Of a stretch of 32,000 nucleotides of DNA, positions 10,520 to 19,166 are shown piece by piece. The position numbers and the translations under genes are program-made. Each line of letters opens with the position of its first letter. The stretch's first letter is position 1. Where the stretch lies: NCBI GenBank assembly GCA_054661495.1, contig BAAFSQ010000093.1, positions 3,299 to 35,298 of the forward strand, given 5' to 3'. The notes under the pieces are model-generated. The model did not search any database. It had not been told where the DNA came from and saw only the letters and a program-made list of their open reading frames with translations. The stretch is from Zygophlyctis sp. KS116. Its lineage: Eukaryota; Fungi; Chytridiomycota.

Positions 10520-11698
10520 ATGAGACCAAGTCTAGGAACTGGCGGTAGATCGTCAGTCTCTGGATCCATCGCATCAGTCTTTGGATGCACTGGGTTTCTA
10601 GGAAGATATCTAGTAAATAATTTAGGAAGAAGTGGAACACAAACAGTCATTCCTTATCGTGGATGCGATGATGACAAGAGACATTTGAAAATTATGGGGG
10701 ACTTGGGACAAATAGTTTCAATGAAATTTGACCCATTGTCGACTGATAGTATGCGGGAATGTTTGCGTTCCTCTAATGTTGTTTACAATTTGATGGGCAG
10801 AATGTATCCAACAAAGAATTACAGTCTGGAAAAAGTTCATGTGGACATGGCAAGGGAAATCGCAAAGTTATGCAAGGAAACAGGGGCTAGATTAGTTCAT
10901 GTATCTGCTTTAAACGCTTCTGTCGATTCATCATGTCAGTTTTTAAAAGCAAAGGTACTTATTTTTCCATCCTTTTAGGAATTGCATGGATCTTAAATTT
11001 TAGGCTCTTGGAGAACAAGCAGTACTGCAAGAATTACCTGATGCAACTATTATTAGACCTTCATATATGTATGGTGATGAAGATAGATTCTGGAATAGAA
11101 TGGGATGTATTATATTGGATTTTTAATTAAATAGCTCAATCTAAATGGAAAGGAGGAATTTTTCTTCCTGGATCAGGAAATGTTAGATTTAGACCAGTGT
11201 ATGTGGGTGATGTAGCTGCAATTATGGCGAAAATGGTAAAGGATGATAGAGCAGATGGCAGAATTGTGGAATTATTTGGGTTTGTCTTTAATATGCTAAT
11301 TTTAGACCAAAAGAGTATTATTACAAGGATTTAGTCCAATTATTTTTAGATGTTTCTGGTAATGCCGCTGAAGCACGTCCAGTTCCTAAAGCAGTTTACA
11401 AGTATTTTAAATTTCTAATGATAAATAGGATTATAGCAGGTTTGTTTGAAAAACTAAAAGTCTTTCCAATTATAACCTCTGATGAAGTTGAAAGGGTAAA
11501 TTTTAGTAATTTAAAAGATAGCTTTTTATTGATGATGTCATATCAAAGGATGCATTGACATTTAAAGACTTTGAATATAGACCTCACTCTGTAGAAGAGA
11601 CTATAACGCGATTTGTACGAATGTACAGACCTGCAAGATTACAAAGAGTCCCTTTGGAAGAAAATATCAAATCTTATGCTATAAATGAAAGTAATTAA
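10520..11698 (+). CDS. NDUFA9: NADH:ubiquinone oxidoreductase 39/40-kDa subunit
   Basis: GGRSSVSGSIASVFGCTGFLGRYLVN, RHLKIMGDLGQ, YGDEDRF, PVYVGDVA; 5 introns (the first, 10955-11003, is 49 nt); TAA at 11696-11698. Confidence 0.95.
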
Positions 11699-12801
11699 AT
11701 TTTTTTGGTTTTTAAATTATGATCCAATCCCAAGAAATTTAGAACATTTAGTCCCAAAATCATTTCCTTTTCTTGTACTGTTAAAAATTTACATTTCCGA
11801 ACAACTTCACCAGGTGATTGTTCTCCTAAAGGAAAAGGATAATCACTACCAAGCATAATCTTATCTACACCAATCTTTTTTACAAGTAATTCTAGAGCAT
11901 CTGGATCGTGTACAAGCGAATCACACCAAATCTTGTTTAAAAAAGTTGATGGACTTGATTTACATTTTATAGCAACTAGATCAGGCCTACAATTATATCC
12001 ATGTTCAATTCTTCCTAAAGTACCAGGAAAAGAACCACCACCATGAGCAAAACAAATCTTTAAGTCTGGATACCTTTCTAAAACCCCTCCCAACATAACT
12101 GAGCAAATCCCAATAGTAGTTTCACATGGCATCCCTATAAGCCATGGAAACCAATAAGGAGACATTCGACTGTCATATTAAGAAAATAAAAAATACCCAT
12201 TCTTCTCCATATCCCAAGGATGAACAAAAATGGGAACTTTTAATTCATTACAAAAACTCCAAAAAGGCTCCAAATATGGATCATCTAAATTTAGACCATT
12301 TATATGAGATCCTATTTGTATTCCAGCCAAATTCAAATTAAATAGACACCTTTTCAATTCCAAAATTGCGAGTTCCGAGTCTTGCATTGGCACCGTTCCC
12401 AATCCAATAAATTTCTTTGGATGATTTGCAACTGTATTAGCAATATCATCATTTAAAATCCTAAAATTTAATATTACGTATCCTACTTTGCAACATGTAG
12501 ACAATCTTTGGGTGATTTATCATAATTAAACATTACGGGAACAGTTGAAATGACTTGAACATCTACTCCTGTATGATTTATATCTGATATTCTCGATTGA
12601 GCGTCCCAACAATTACATTCAATGTCTCTAAAATGTTCATTGTCTATTTTCATGACTGCTGTTTCCTATTCTTCATTTATGTAAAAGTACATTGTCCACT
12701 GGCTGTACAGAGACCCATCCTCCATAGCCAAAATGTTTAGAAAAGTCTGGAAGTGACTTTGGAAGAATGTGAGTGTGCAAATCAATCACCAACTGTGGCA
12801 T
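11695..12801 (-). CDS. ACMSD: 2-amino-3-carboxymuconate-6-semialdehyde decarboxylase
   Basis: IDLHTHILP, VQVISTVPVMFNY, GLGTVPMQ, IQIGSHIN, FVHPWDM, WLIGMPCET, AHGGGSFP, LGSDYPFPLGE; 3 short introns. Confidence 0.95.
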
Positions 12802-12876
12802 TAATAATCAAAATTCCTCTCCTCAATCTAGTCTGTTTAATACAATTGTTACTAATACTATTGGAAATTTAAAAAT

Positions 12877-13003
12877 TAATGTCTGCTGCCATCTACACAG
12901 AATATAAAATATATCCTGCTCAAAAAGCAACAATTCAATCTTCGAAACGGGGTATCTCTTGAAAATGCATTAAAAGCAATTTCAAGAACTGTATGTCTCG
13001 ATC
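12877..13003 (-). ncRNA. Box H/ACA snoRNA; 5' hairpin predicted to guide the LSU position equivalent to yeast Psi2129
   Basis: Two hairpins with internal pockets: TCGAGAC/GTTTCGA plus TCTTGAAA/TTTCAAGA, and TGTTGCT/GGCAGCA plus GCAGGATATA/TATATTCTGT. ACA lies 14 nt below pocket 2. Pocket 1 (ACAGT / GATACCCC) pairs around GGGGAAUC-U-G-ACUGU of fungal 25S with one mismatch (rRNA sequence recalled). The H box is imperfect (AGATTGA). Confidence 0.75.
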
Positions 13004-13073
13004 CTTCATCTCATTTCAAAAAAAAACAATTTGGTACAATATAAAAATCTACAGAGTTAGTGATAAAGAGAAA

Positions 13074-13163
13074 CTGATCAGATAGTTTGGTAAGTTTGTA
13101 CAGTATCAGCACTTTAGATCAGAAGCAGAACTGGCATGTTTTGTACAGTTATCATCACTTCAG
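13074..13163 (-). ncRNA. Box C/D snoRNA, snR61/SNORD38-like (LSU Am1133 equivalent)
   Basis: Box C GTGATGA; D' CTGA preceded by GCCAGTTCTGCTT (13 nt antisense to 25S AAGCAGAACUGGC, +5 rule hits the A after AAGC); C' GTGCTGA; D CTGA; terminal stem CTGA/TCAG. Lies in intron 13049-13176 (GTATGT...CACTAAC...TAG). Confidence 0.9.
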
Positions 13164-13206
13164 AATAAAAACATACCTATTATAATTTAAAGAGAAACAA
13201 TATGTG

Positions 13207-13282
13207 AGAGCATCAGTTGGTGGTGCATGTTATTTATCATCATCATATGTATGTAATAATGGATATCATCATCATTTGCTCT
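13207..13282 (-). ncRNA. Box C/D snoRNA, snR55/SNORD33-like (SSU Um1269 equivalent)
   Basis: Terminal stem AGAGCA/TGCTCT, box C ATGATGA, D box CTGA preceded by CATGCACCACCA-A, antisense to 18S UGGUGGUGCAUG; the +5 rule hits the U equivalent to yeast U1269. Confidence 0.9.
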
Positions 13283-13362
13283 AAACTTTTTGTAAAAAAA
13301 AAGAATAAAAGTCCTTGTCCTGGTACTTGAGAATAACTTTAGTCCGCAGTTAAATTGAAATT

Positions 13363-14289
13363 CTAGACTTTAATCCCCAAATTTGACAAGTAATTAATAA
13401 ATTTAGCATGATTTCCATTTGATCTAGCAATATCAATACAAGATTCACCAGAGAAATTTTTTTGTTGAATTAAATCCATTATTCCTTTTTTTCCAATTGT
13501 TTTTAGACCATTGTCTACAATTATACAAAAACAAGTAAAAGAATTTGATGATATTGAAAGAGATAAACAATTTTCTCCAGTAAAACAACGTAATTCAAGG
13601 TCAGCTTTTGCTTCTACTAACCATTCTGTCCAAAGAGAATGTTTTCTTTCTATAGAAATCATTAGAGGAGTAAATCCATTAAATGAATCAGGTTCATTAA
13701 TATCCCAACCTTTAGATTGTAATTCTGTTAATATTTCCTGATCATTAAAACCATAAAACGCAGAAATCCAAATTGGACCTTCATTCCTACTATTTATAGT
13801 AATATTAGATAAAGCAGAATAATTAAGTCTCCATATTATCCTATTTTGAATAATCATTTCCTGAATGACTGAAACTTGATCTGGTTCAATTGAATATTTA
13901 ACTCCTATACAAGAAATCCCATAATTCAGATTAAACAAATGAGATAATTTGTTTCTAGTACAAGCAAAGACAATATTCATTTGCTTCTTGTGACATGAAG
14001 AAACAATTCTTGCAATTTCCTGATCATGATCTCTAATATTTTTAGCAATAATTACCATCTTGATTTTATCTAAATTCCTATAAACTTGATTTAGTCCAAT
14101 GATGAGATTTGTTTTTTTAGATTTAATAAGAAATTTAGATACAATATCTTCCAATTCTGAATTTATAAATTGATTTACATAATTCCCAATAAAACTTGAA
14201 TCAGTTGCACTTGTTTTCTGTAATATTCTAGAGATGCTAGAGTGAAACTGGTCAAATTCAATAAACTGCACTGCATTCTGCGAGAGCAT
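13363..14289 (-). CDS. SBP2 (SECISBP2)-like L7Ae domain fused to ankyrin repeats, intronless
   Basis: YVNQFINSELEDIVSKFL...IIGLNQV...KIKMVIIAKN...IVFACTRNKLSHLFNLNYGISCIGVKY resembles the SBP2 RNA-binding domain. The C-terminal half has ankyrin-like units (NEGPIWISAFYG, NGFTPLMISIERKH, GENCLSLSI, GESCIDIA). Confidence 0.75.
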   Translation of the reverse strand: MLSQNAVQFIEFDQFHSSISRILQKTSATDSSFIGNYVNQFINSELEDIVSKFLIKSKKTNLIIGLNQVYRNLDKIKMVIIAKNIRDHDQEIARIVSSCHKKQMNIVFACTRNKLSHLFNLNYGISCIGVKYSIEPDQVSVIQEMIIQNRIIWRLNYSALSNITINSRNEGPIWISAFYGFNDQEILTELQSKGWDINEPDSFNGFTPLMISIERKHSLWTEWLVEAKADLELRCFTGENCLSLSISSNSFTCFCIIVDNGLKTIGKKGIMDLIQQKNFSGESCIDIARSNGNHAKFINYLSNLGIKV

Positions 14290-14310
14290 ATTTTCTCTTC
14301 TTCTTGTGCA

Positions 14311-14410
14311 ATTTCTATGCTAATTCTACTAATTCTATGCTAATTCTATAATATTTATGAAGATGTATGAAGATGTATGAAGATTTATGAAGATTTATAA
14401 AGATTTATTA
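14311..14410. repeat. Two adjacent minisatellites filling the intergenic gap
   Basis: (AATTCTA[TG]CT)-like units at about 14311-14350, then 10-nt AT(T/G)TATGAAG units x5-6 at about 14352-14410. Confidence 0.85.
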
Positions 14411-15013
14411 AAATGTTAAATAGAGTACAGTCCAAAAATATACTATAATCCTTGAATATTTAATATTAGCAGAATTAGGAATTAGATTAGAAGGCCATAA
14501 TACATCAATTTCCACTTTAGAATCTTGTGATTGTGCACCAAGAGCAGTCCAGAGTGCTTGTCCGTACAAATCTAAATTCCTTGAAACTTGATTTAAAGGC
14601 CATAAACATCCATTAGTTGGACAGAAATCTACAATTGTTGCATTTACAACTAGTGAATGATTTTTAGAATTCCTAATTTGTAGAGTTTGAAAACATGAAT
14701 TCACTTTATTAGATCCACCATATGCTCTCTCTGATACTGCAACTGTAAATGATTTTGGCCAAATAGATTTTGAAAGTAAATCTAGATTTTGTCTCTTTAT
14801 AGAGTCTAAAGAAGAACCATTAATATTAGCCATAATTTCCATCTGATCTCTATCATAAACTCCATCATTTAGAATCTTGTTCCATCGAGGATCTCCACCA
14901 GGTTGTCCATTGCTACATCCAACACCAACATCTAGTAATTGATATCCAATCTCTGAAAAGTGAGGAATAATAGGAAATGGTCCATAATGTGTTGCAAGTC
15001 CTGATTTCCACAT
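14408..15013 (-). CDS. RlpA/DPBB (expansin-like) protein with GPI-like C-terminal tail
   Basis: G.ATHYG N-terminal strand, VAVS...YGG...CFQTLQI, VNATIVDFCPTNGC, LDLY..LWTAL; hydrophobic C-terminus after NSA. Confidence 0.75.
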   Translation of the reverse strand: MWKSGLATHYGPFPIIPHFSEIGYQLLDVGVGCSNGQPGGDPRWNKILNDGVYDRDQMEIMANINGSSLDSIKRQNLDLLSKSIWPKSFTVAVSERAYGGSNKVNSCFQTLQIRNSKNHSLVVNATIVDFCPTNGCLWPLNQVSRNLDLYGQALWTALGAQSQDSKVEIDVLWPSNLIPNSANIKYSRIIVYFWTVLYLTF

Positions 15014-15054
15014 TTTAGAATTTCTTGTTTACAGTACGTCATTACTCATTCTAA

Positions 15055-16119
15055 ATGCTTTTAAAGTTATTCATCTTTCAAAGAATTGTTTCAGCATCTG
15101 ATTGCTCTATTGTAGTTGATCTTTGGAAATATTTCAAAAAGTCTACAATCGTTGATGCCAATGATACTGTCGGTTGTTGTAATTCTGATATTCCAAATAT
15201 TACCTGTAATGGCTCCTCTGTAATCAAAATGTACTCTTAAAAATACTGATCATAGCGATTGGTCAAATCTTGGTTTACAAGGTGACATACCGGCCAGTAT
15301 TAAAGATTTGAAAGAATTATCATTAATGTACTCTAATCTCTTTAAAACATAGCAATTTTGGTAATAATTTACTGGTCAATATTCCAAATGAAATCTCTGA
15401 ATTACAAAATCTCAAAAACTTGTATTTCTAAAACTAATTTATAGATTGCTTTATAGTAATGGTTTTAAGGGATCAATTCCATCTTCAATTCTTAAAATTC
15501 ATGGATTAAAAACTCTAGATTTATCAAATAATAAGTTTTCTGGAATGATACCATTTGACATTATGCAATTATCAAATTTAGAGATTTTATCATTGTCCGA
15601 TAATCTCTTGTCTGGAAGTATACCATCAAATATTGTGAATTTAACTTCTTTACAGCAACTGTATATTTAATCAGACTAATTAAAAGGTTTTTATCAAATA
15701 ATAAACTATCAGAAGTGATTCCAAGTCAGATAGGATCAATGAATAATTTAAAATATTTGTATTTTTTCTAAAATACTAATACAAAGAAGACTTGATGGTA
15801 ATCAATTCTCTGGAAAAGTTCCATGCACATTTTCTAATCTCTTAAACTTGAATGATCTAAATTTACAAGATAATCCTAATCTATCGGGGATCGTATGGAT
15901 TGGCAGTTCCATAAAGTAAGATTATTTACTAAAAATGATAGAATACAGACTATTAAAACTAAAATTAAACTAGTATGTACTCCTGATCTTCAAAAATCTG
16001 ATCCAAGATGTCAAATTTGTGGTTATTCTGATGATGAATCACTAGAATCTGCAGGAATTTCAATGTCTCCTGCTATTAGTCTTTTTATATGGATTCTATT
16101 TATTTCTTGCATTCATTGA
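15055..16119 (+). CDS. Secreted, probably GPI-anchored plant-type LRR protein
   Basis: Short signal peptide, Cys-rich N-cap, repeats LxLxxNxFSGxIPxxIxxLxxL, six phase-2 introns of 23-28 nt, C-terminal ESAG followed by a hydrophobic tail. Confidence 0.88.
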
Positions 16120-16179
16120 CTTTGAAATTGCACTTTAGAAATCTTTATTTTTGAAAAAATATATACAGGCATATTCTTT

Positions 16180-16962
16180 TCAGTTTTTGGCCAGAATATT
16201 GCTGAAAAACAATCTAGACTTTTTTCTCAAGACATAAATCCGTCTTTTTATATATGATTGTGTCTTGATGAATATTTTCTTTAAGAATCTTTGTAATCTG
16301 TACAATATACTTGGATCAAGACGTGTTTTAGAATTTATAGACTTGAGAGTCTTTTCTTTAGATTTGATTTCCCTTTTAGCATTGTTAGTATTTATAGTAG
16401 TTTTAGCAATTTTAGAAAATTTAGAAAATTTAGAGCTGATCTGCACCATTTCGTGAGATTCCTTGGCCTTCAAATCAAAAACATTATTCTGAAAGTGATG
16501 CATGCTTGACGACTGATAAAACATTGAGTCTGTAATCATTGGCGTTAGACTAAACGTGTCTTTATAGAAGAAGAATGATAGTAATCCAATACATGCAGTC
16601 AAATAGATAAGAAATATGATTGATGGGCTTGGAGCCTTGATCTCTACAAACAAATGCGGGAAATCTGATGAATAGTCTTCTGTGAGATTTTTTACATCAT
16701 CAAAACAGTTTAAAAGAATACTTAAATCATACTTGGCTGGCTCATCTTGACTGCAAGACATGCTTTTAGTAATGCCTGATGATTGTTTAATTTCAATAAA
16801 TGAAGAGTCTACCATCTCATTAGACAAGTCCGGAATATTGCTAGACGCAATTTCTGAATTTACAGATGAATTATCTTCAGATATTGATGCCAAGTCATAA
16901 TCAGTCTTTTCCCAGTTTACAAATACTAAATCTGATATATCGAGCGTTTCTGCTGCTGCCAT
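16180..16962 (-). CDS. Hypothetical single-pass membrane protein (acidic N-terminus, basic C-terminus)
   Basis: Long open frame; likely ATG at 16962 (MAAAETL); TM segment IIFLIYLTACIGLLSFFFY. Confidence 0.6.
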   Translation of the reverse strand: MAAAETLDISDLVFVNWEKTDYDLASISEDNSSVNSEIASSNIPDLSNEMVDSSFIEIKQSSGITKSMSCSQDEPAKYDLSILLNCFDDVKNLTEDYSSDFPHLFVEIKAPSPSIIFLIYLTACIGLLSFFFYKDTFSLTPMITDSMFYQSSSMHHFQNNVFDLKAKESHEMVQISSKFSKFSKIAKTTINTNNAKREIKSKEKTLKSINSKTRLDPSILYRLQRFLKKIFIKTQSYIKRRIYVLRKKSRLFFSNILAKN

Positions 16963-16986
16963 CAGGAAGATAAGAAAAAGTTTCCG

Positions 16987-17421
16987 ATGCCAAATGATGC
17001 TCAGGGATTCATTTACTGTCCAAAGGGATGTCATGAGAATCGGTTAAGTACAGATTTGGCTCCTGAAATATTGTATTCAATTTATTTAATTCTTAGGCAA
17101 ATCGCAAAAGTCACAGAGACTGCAATTTACTATCTTCCATGCACAAATGCTTTAGAAATTCTGGGCGATAGTAATCATCAAGTCTTTAAAGCGTAAGAGT
17201 AGTGTTTGTCTAATATTAGACAAACTCTTTTAAATAATCTACTTTATGATCGCACTACCAATATAAATCGAGTAAAATCAAATCCCTGGCTAAAACCAGA
17301 TAAGCCATTTGGATGGGGTGAAAGAAGGGATGGAGTTAAAGATAATATTAAATACAGGAAATCTATTCAAAAGATGAAATCAGAGGCCGTGATCTCTGCA
17401 AAGAGTTCAAAATGGATATGA
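16987..17421 (+). CDS. Hypothetical protein (two ORF-track pieces joined by short introns)
   Basis: A putative 24-nt intron at about 17073-17096 and a 21-nt GTCTTT...TAG intron ending at 17202 join MPNDAQG... to ...SNPWLKPDKPFGWGE...; no family recognised. Confidence 0.4.
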
Positions 17422-17566
17422 TTTCAAGATTATAAATAGATTTAAAAAATATTTTACATGTATTATGTTCCTGAAAGATGGATTTACAATTTTTTATGGA
17501 TAGTGAAAGGGAATCTGTTTTAATTGGTTTTAGTTTTATAAAGAAGTGCGATTCCCCGAAATTATC

Positions 17567-17639
17567 GCAGAATGAGCTCCGTTGGTAGAGCGTAGGTCTC
17601 ATAATCCTAAGGTCGTGAGTTCGATCCTCACATTCTGCA
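17567..17639 (+). tRNA. tRNA-Met(CAT), elongator type, intronless
   Basis: Acceptor GCAGAAT/ATTCTGC, D stem GCTC/GAGC, anticodon arm TAGGT-CTCATAA-TCCTA (U31:U39 typical of eMet), T arm GTGAG-TTCGATC-CTCAC, discriminator A. Confidence 0.93.
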
Positions 17640-17699
17640 TAGTAAAGTCACTGATACAATTTGCGACTATTTTTATTTTTCGTGAACGGAATACGCGAT

Positions 17700-18465
17700 T
17701 CAAAAACTTTTTTCTTCCCTTGACGACATGATTGAGATTAATTTCTGAATTTTATCTATAGAAACATCTGTATTCTTGTTTGGTTGTGTAGATTCTGGTT
17801 GATCTAAAAAATTCGAAACGTAAAAATTTAACCAATTACTACACTCTTGAGGCATTCCATCCCTTGTTCTAGACATTTGCCAGCCTCTAATTCCCAGATA
17901 TTGAACTTGTAATCTAAAATAAGAAGAAAAATCAGGGGCTAAAAAAGTCCATGTTCCATTTAGAAATAATTGTATATTGATTTCTGGTGATTGATCTATT
18001 TCTTTTGAATAGACAAGACAGACTTTACCAAAAGGTAAAATGTCCTGAATCTCAAACGCGTTGACAAAAAGATTCTTATCAGAGTCAATATCAGACAAGG
18101 GTACAATATCATGTAGAGAATTTATAAAGATATTTCCAATTTTAACTGCATCGGTTAATTGTTCTCTTGTCCAACTTTTAGATTTTGGCTGGATGCCGAA
18201 TGATGAAGACACATACCAACAAACATTAATTCCTAAATCGTAAAAATAGTCAATTACCATCAGACACACTTAAAAAGTCTTTGAGATCTTGAGGAAGCTG
18301 ATTTAGATTTTGAGATTCCCAATTCCTAATCATGATTGGAATAGCTGGTGGATTAGAATTCGCTTCAATGCTAACTCCAGGACAATTTTCTAAATACTCC
18401 AAAGCTCCGCTTAATAGCAACTCATTGAGTAGAGACTTTGTAATCCGAGCTCTTGTAGGCTCCAT
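17700..18465 (-). CDS. TPGS2: Tubulin polyglutamylase complex subunit 2 (SMI1/KNR4-like fold)
   Basis: LEYLENCPGV...PPA...IRNWESQN..QLPQDLKDFLSVSDG|INVCW, GKVCLVY, W.FLAPDFSSYFRLQVQYLGIRGWQ; intron 18233-18257. Confidence 0.85.
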
Positions 18466-18502
18466 ACACCTGACCCACAAAACCAAAAAAAACTCACGAC
18501 GG

Positions 18503-19161
18503 ATGACGACATTGATCGCTCCCGGAACTTCTTCAATTCCACCGAGTTGCACAATCTATGTAAGAGGTCTAAATGAAAAAATTCCAAAAAAGCAATTAAA
18601 GCATATACTATATTGTCTCTTTTCTTGTTTTGGACAAGTTTTTGATATTGTGGCACTTAAAACGTTGAAGATGAGAGGTCAAGCATTTATAGTCTATGGA
18701 TCTATAGAGGAAGCTACAAACGCTCTCAGAAACTGTCAAGGAATGCAATTCTTGGGTAAACCAATGACTATACAATACGCAATGGGAAGATCAAATATTT
18801 TAAATGTAATTCAAGGAACATACCGTCCTTCTGTAAAATCAACATTAAAGAGAGCAGGAGAAGAACTCAATGGAACGGATAAAAAGAGTAAAGAACAAGG
18901 TAAATTTTGAGTTTTTTAAATTTAGAAAAATCACATATACTTTTCATATCTGGTGTAGGAGAATCAGTTGATGATGTTCAGTTAGAATCTCTTTTCCAAG
19001 AACATGATGGGTTTAAAGAAGTTAGAAGAGTTCCTGGAAAGCCAGAATTGGCTTTTGTAGAGTATGATTCTGTAAAAAATGCCGAAATCGCTAAAGATGT
19101 ACTCGATGGATTCGAAATTACAAGCGGGAATAATATTAAAATTGAATTTTCAAAAAACTAA
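18503..19161 (+). CDS. SNRPB2: U2B''/U1A/SNF family two-RRM snRNP protein
   Basis: TIYVRGLNEKI, DIVALKTLKMRGQAF (U2B''/SNF-type loop), second RRM with GFKEVRRVPGKPELAFVEY; intron 18900-18925. Confidence 0.9.
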
Positions 19162-19166
19162 TAAAT

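Noticed and set aside
17363-17602. 79-aa minus-strand ORF
   Set aside because: Antisense to the tRNA-Met gene; its ATG is the anticodon.
18332-18552. Apparent 220-nt overlap between the TPGS2 and U2B'' ORFs
   Set aside because: The likely starts are 18465 (-) and 18503 (+); the extensions are shadow frames of a 37-nt divergent promoter.
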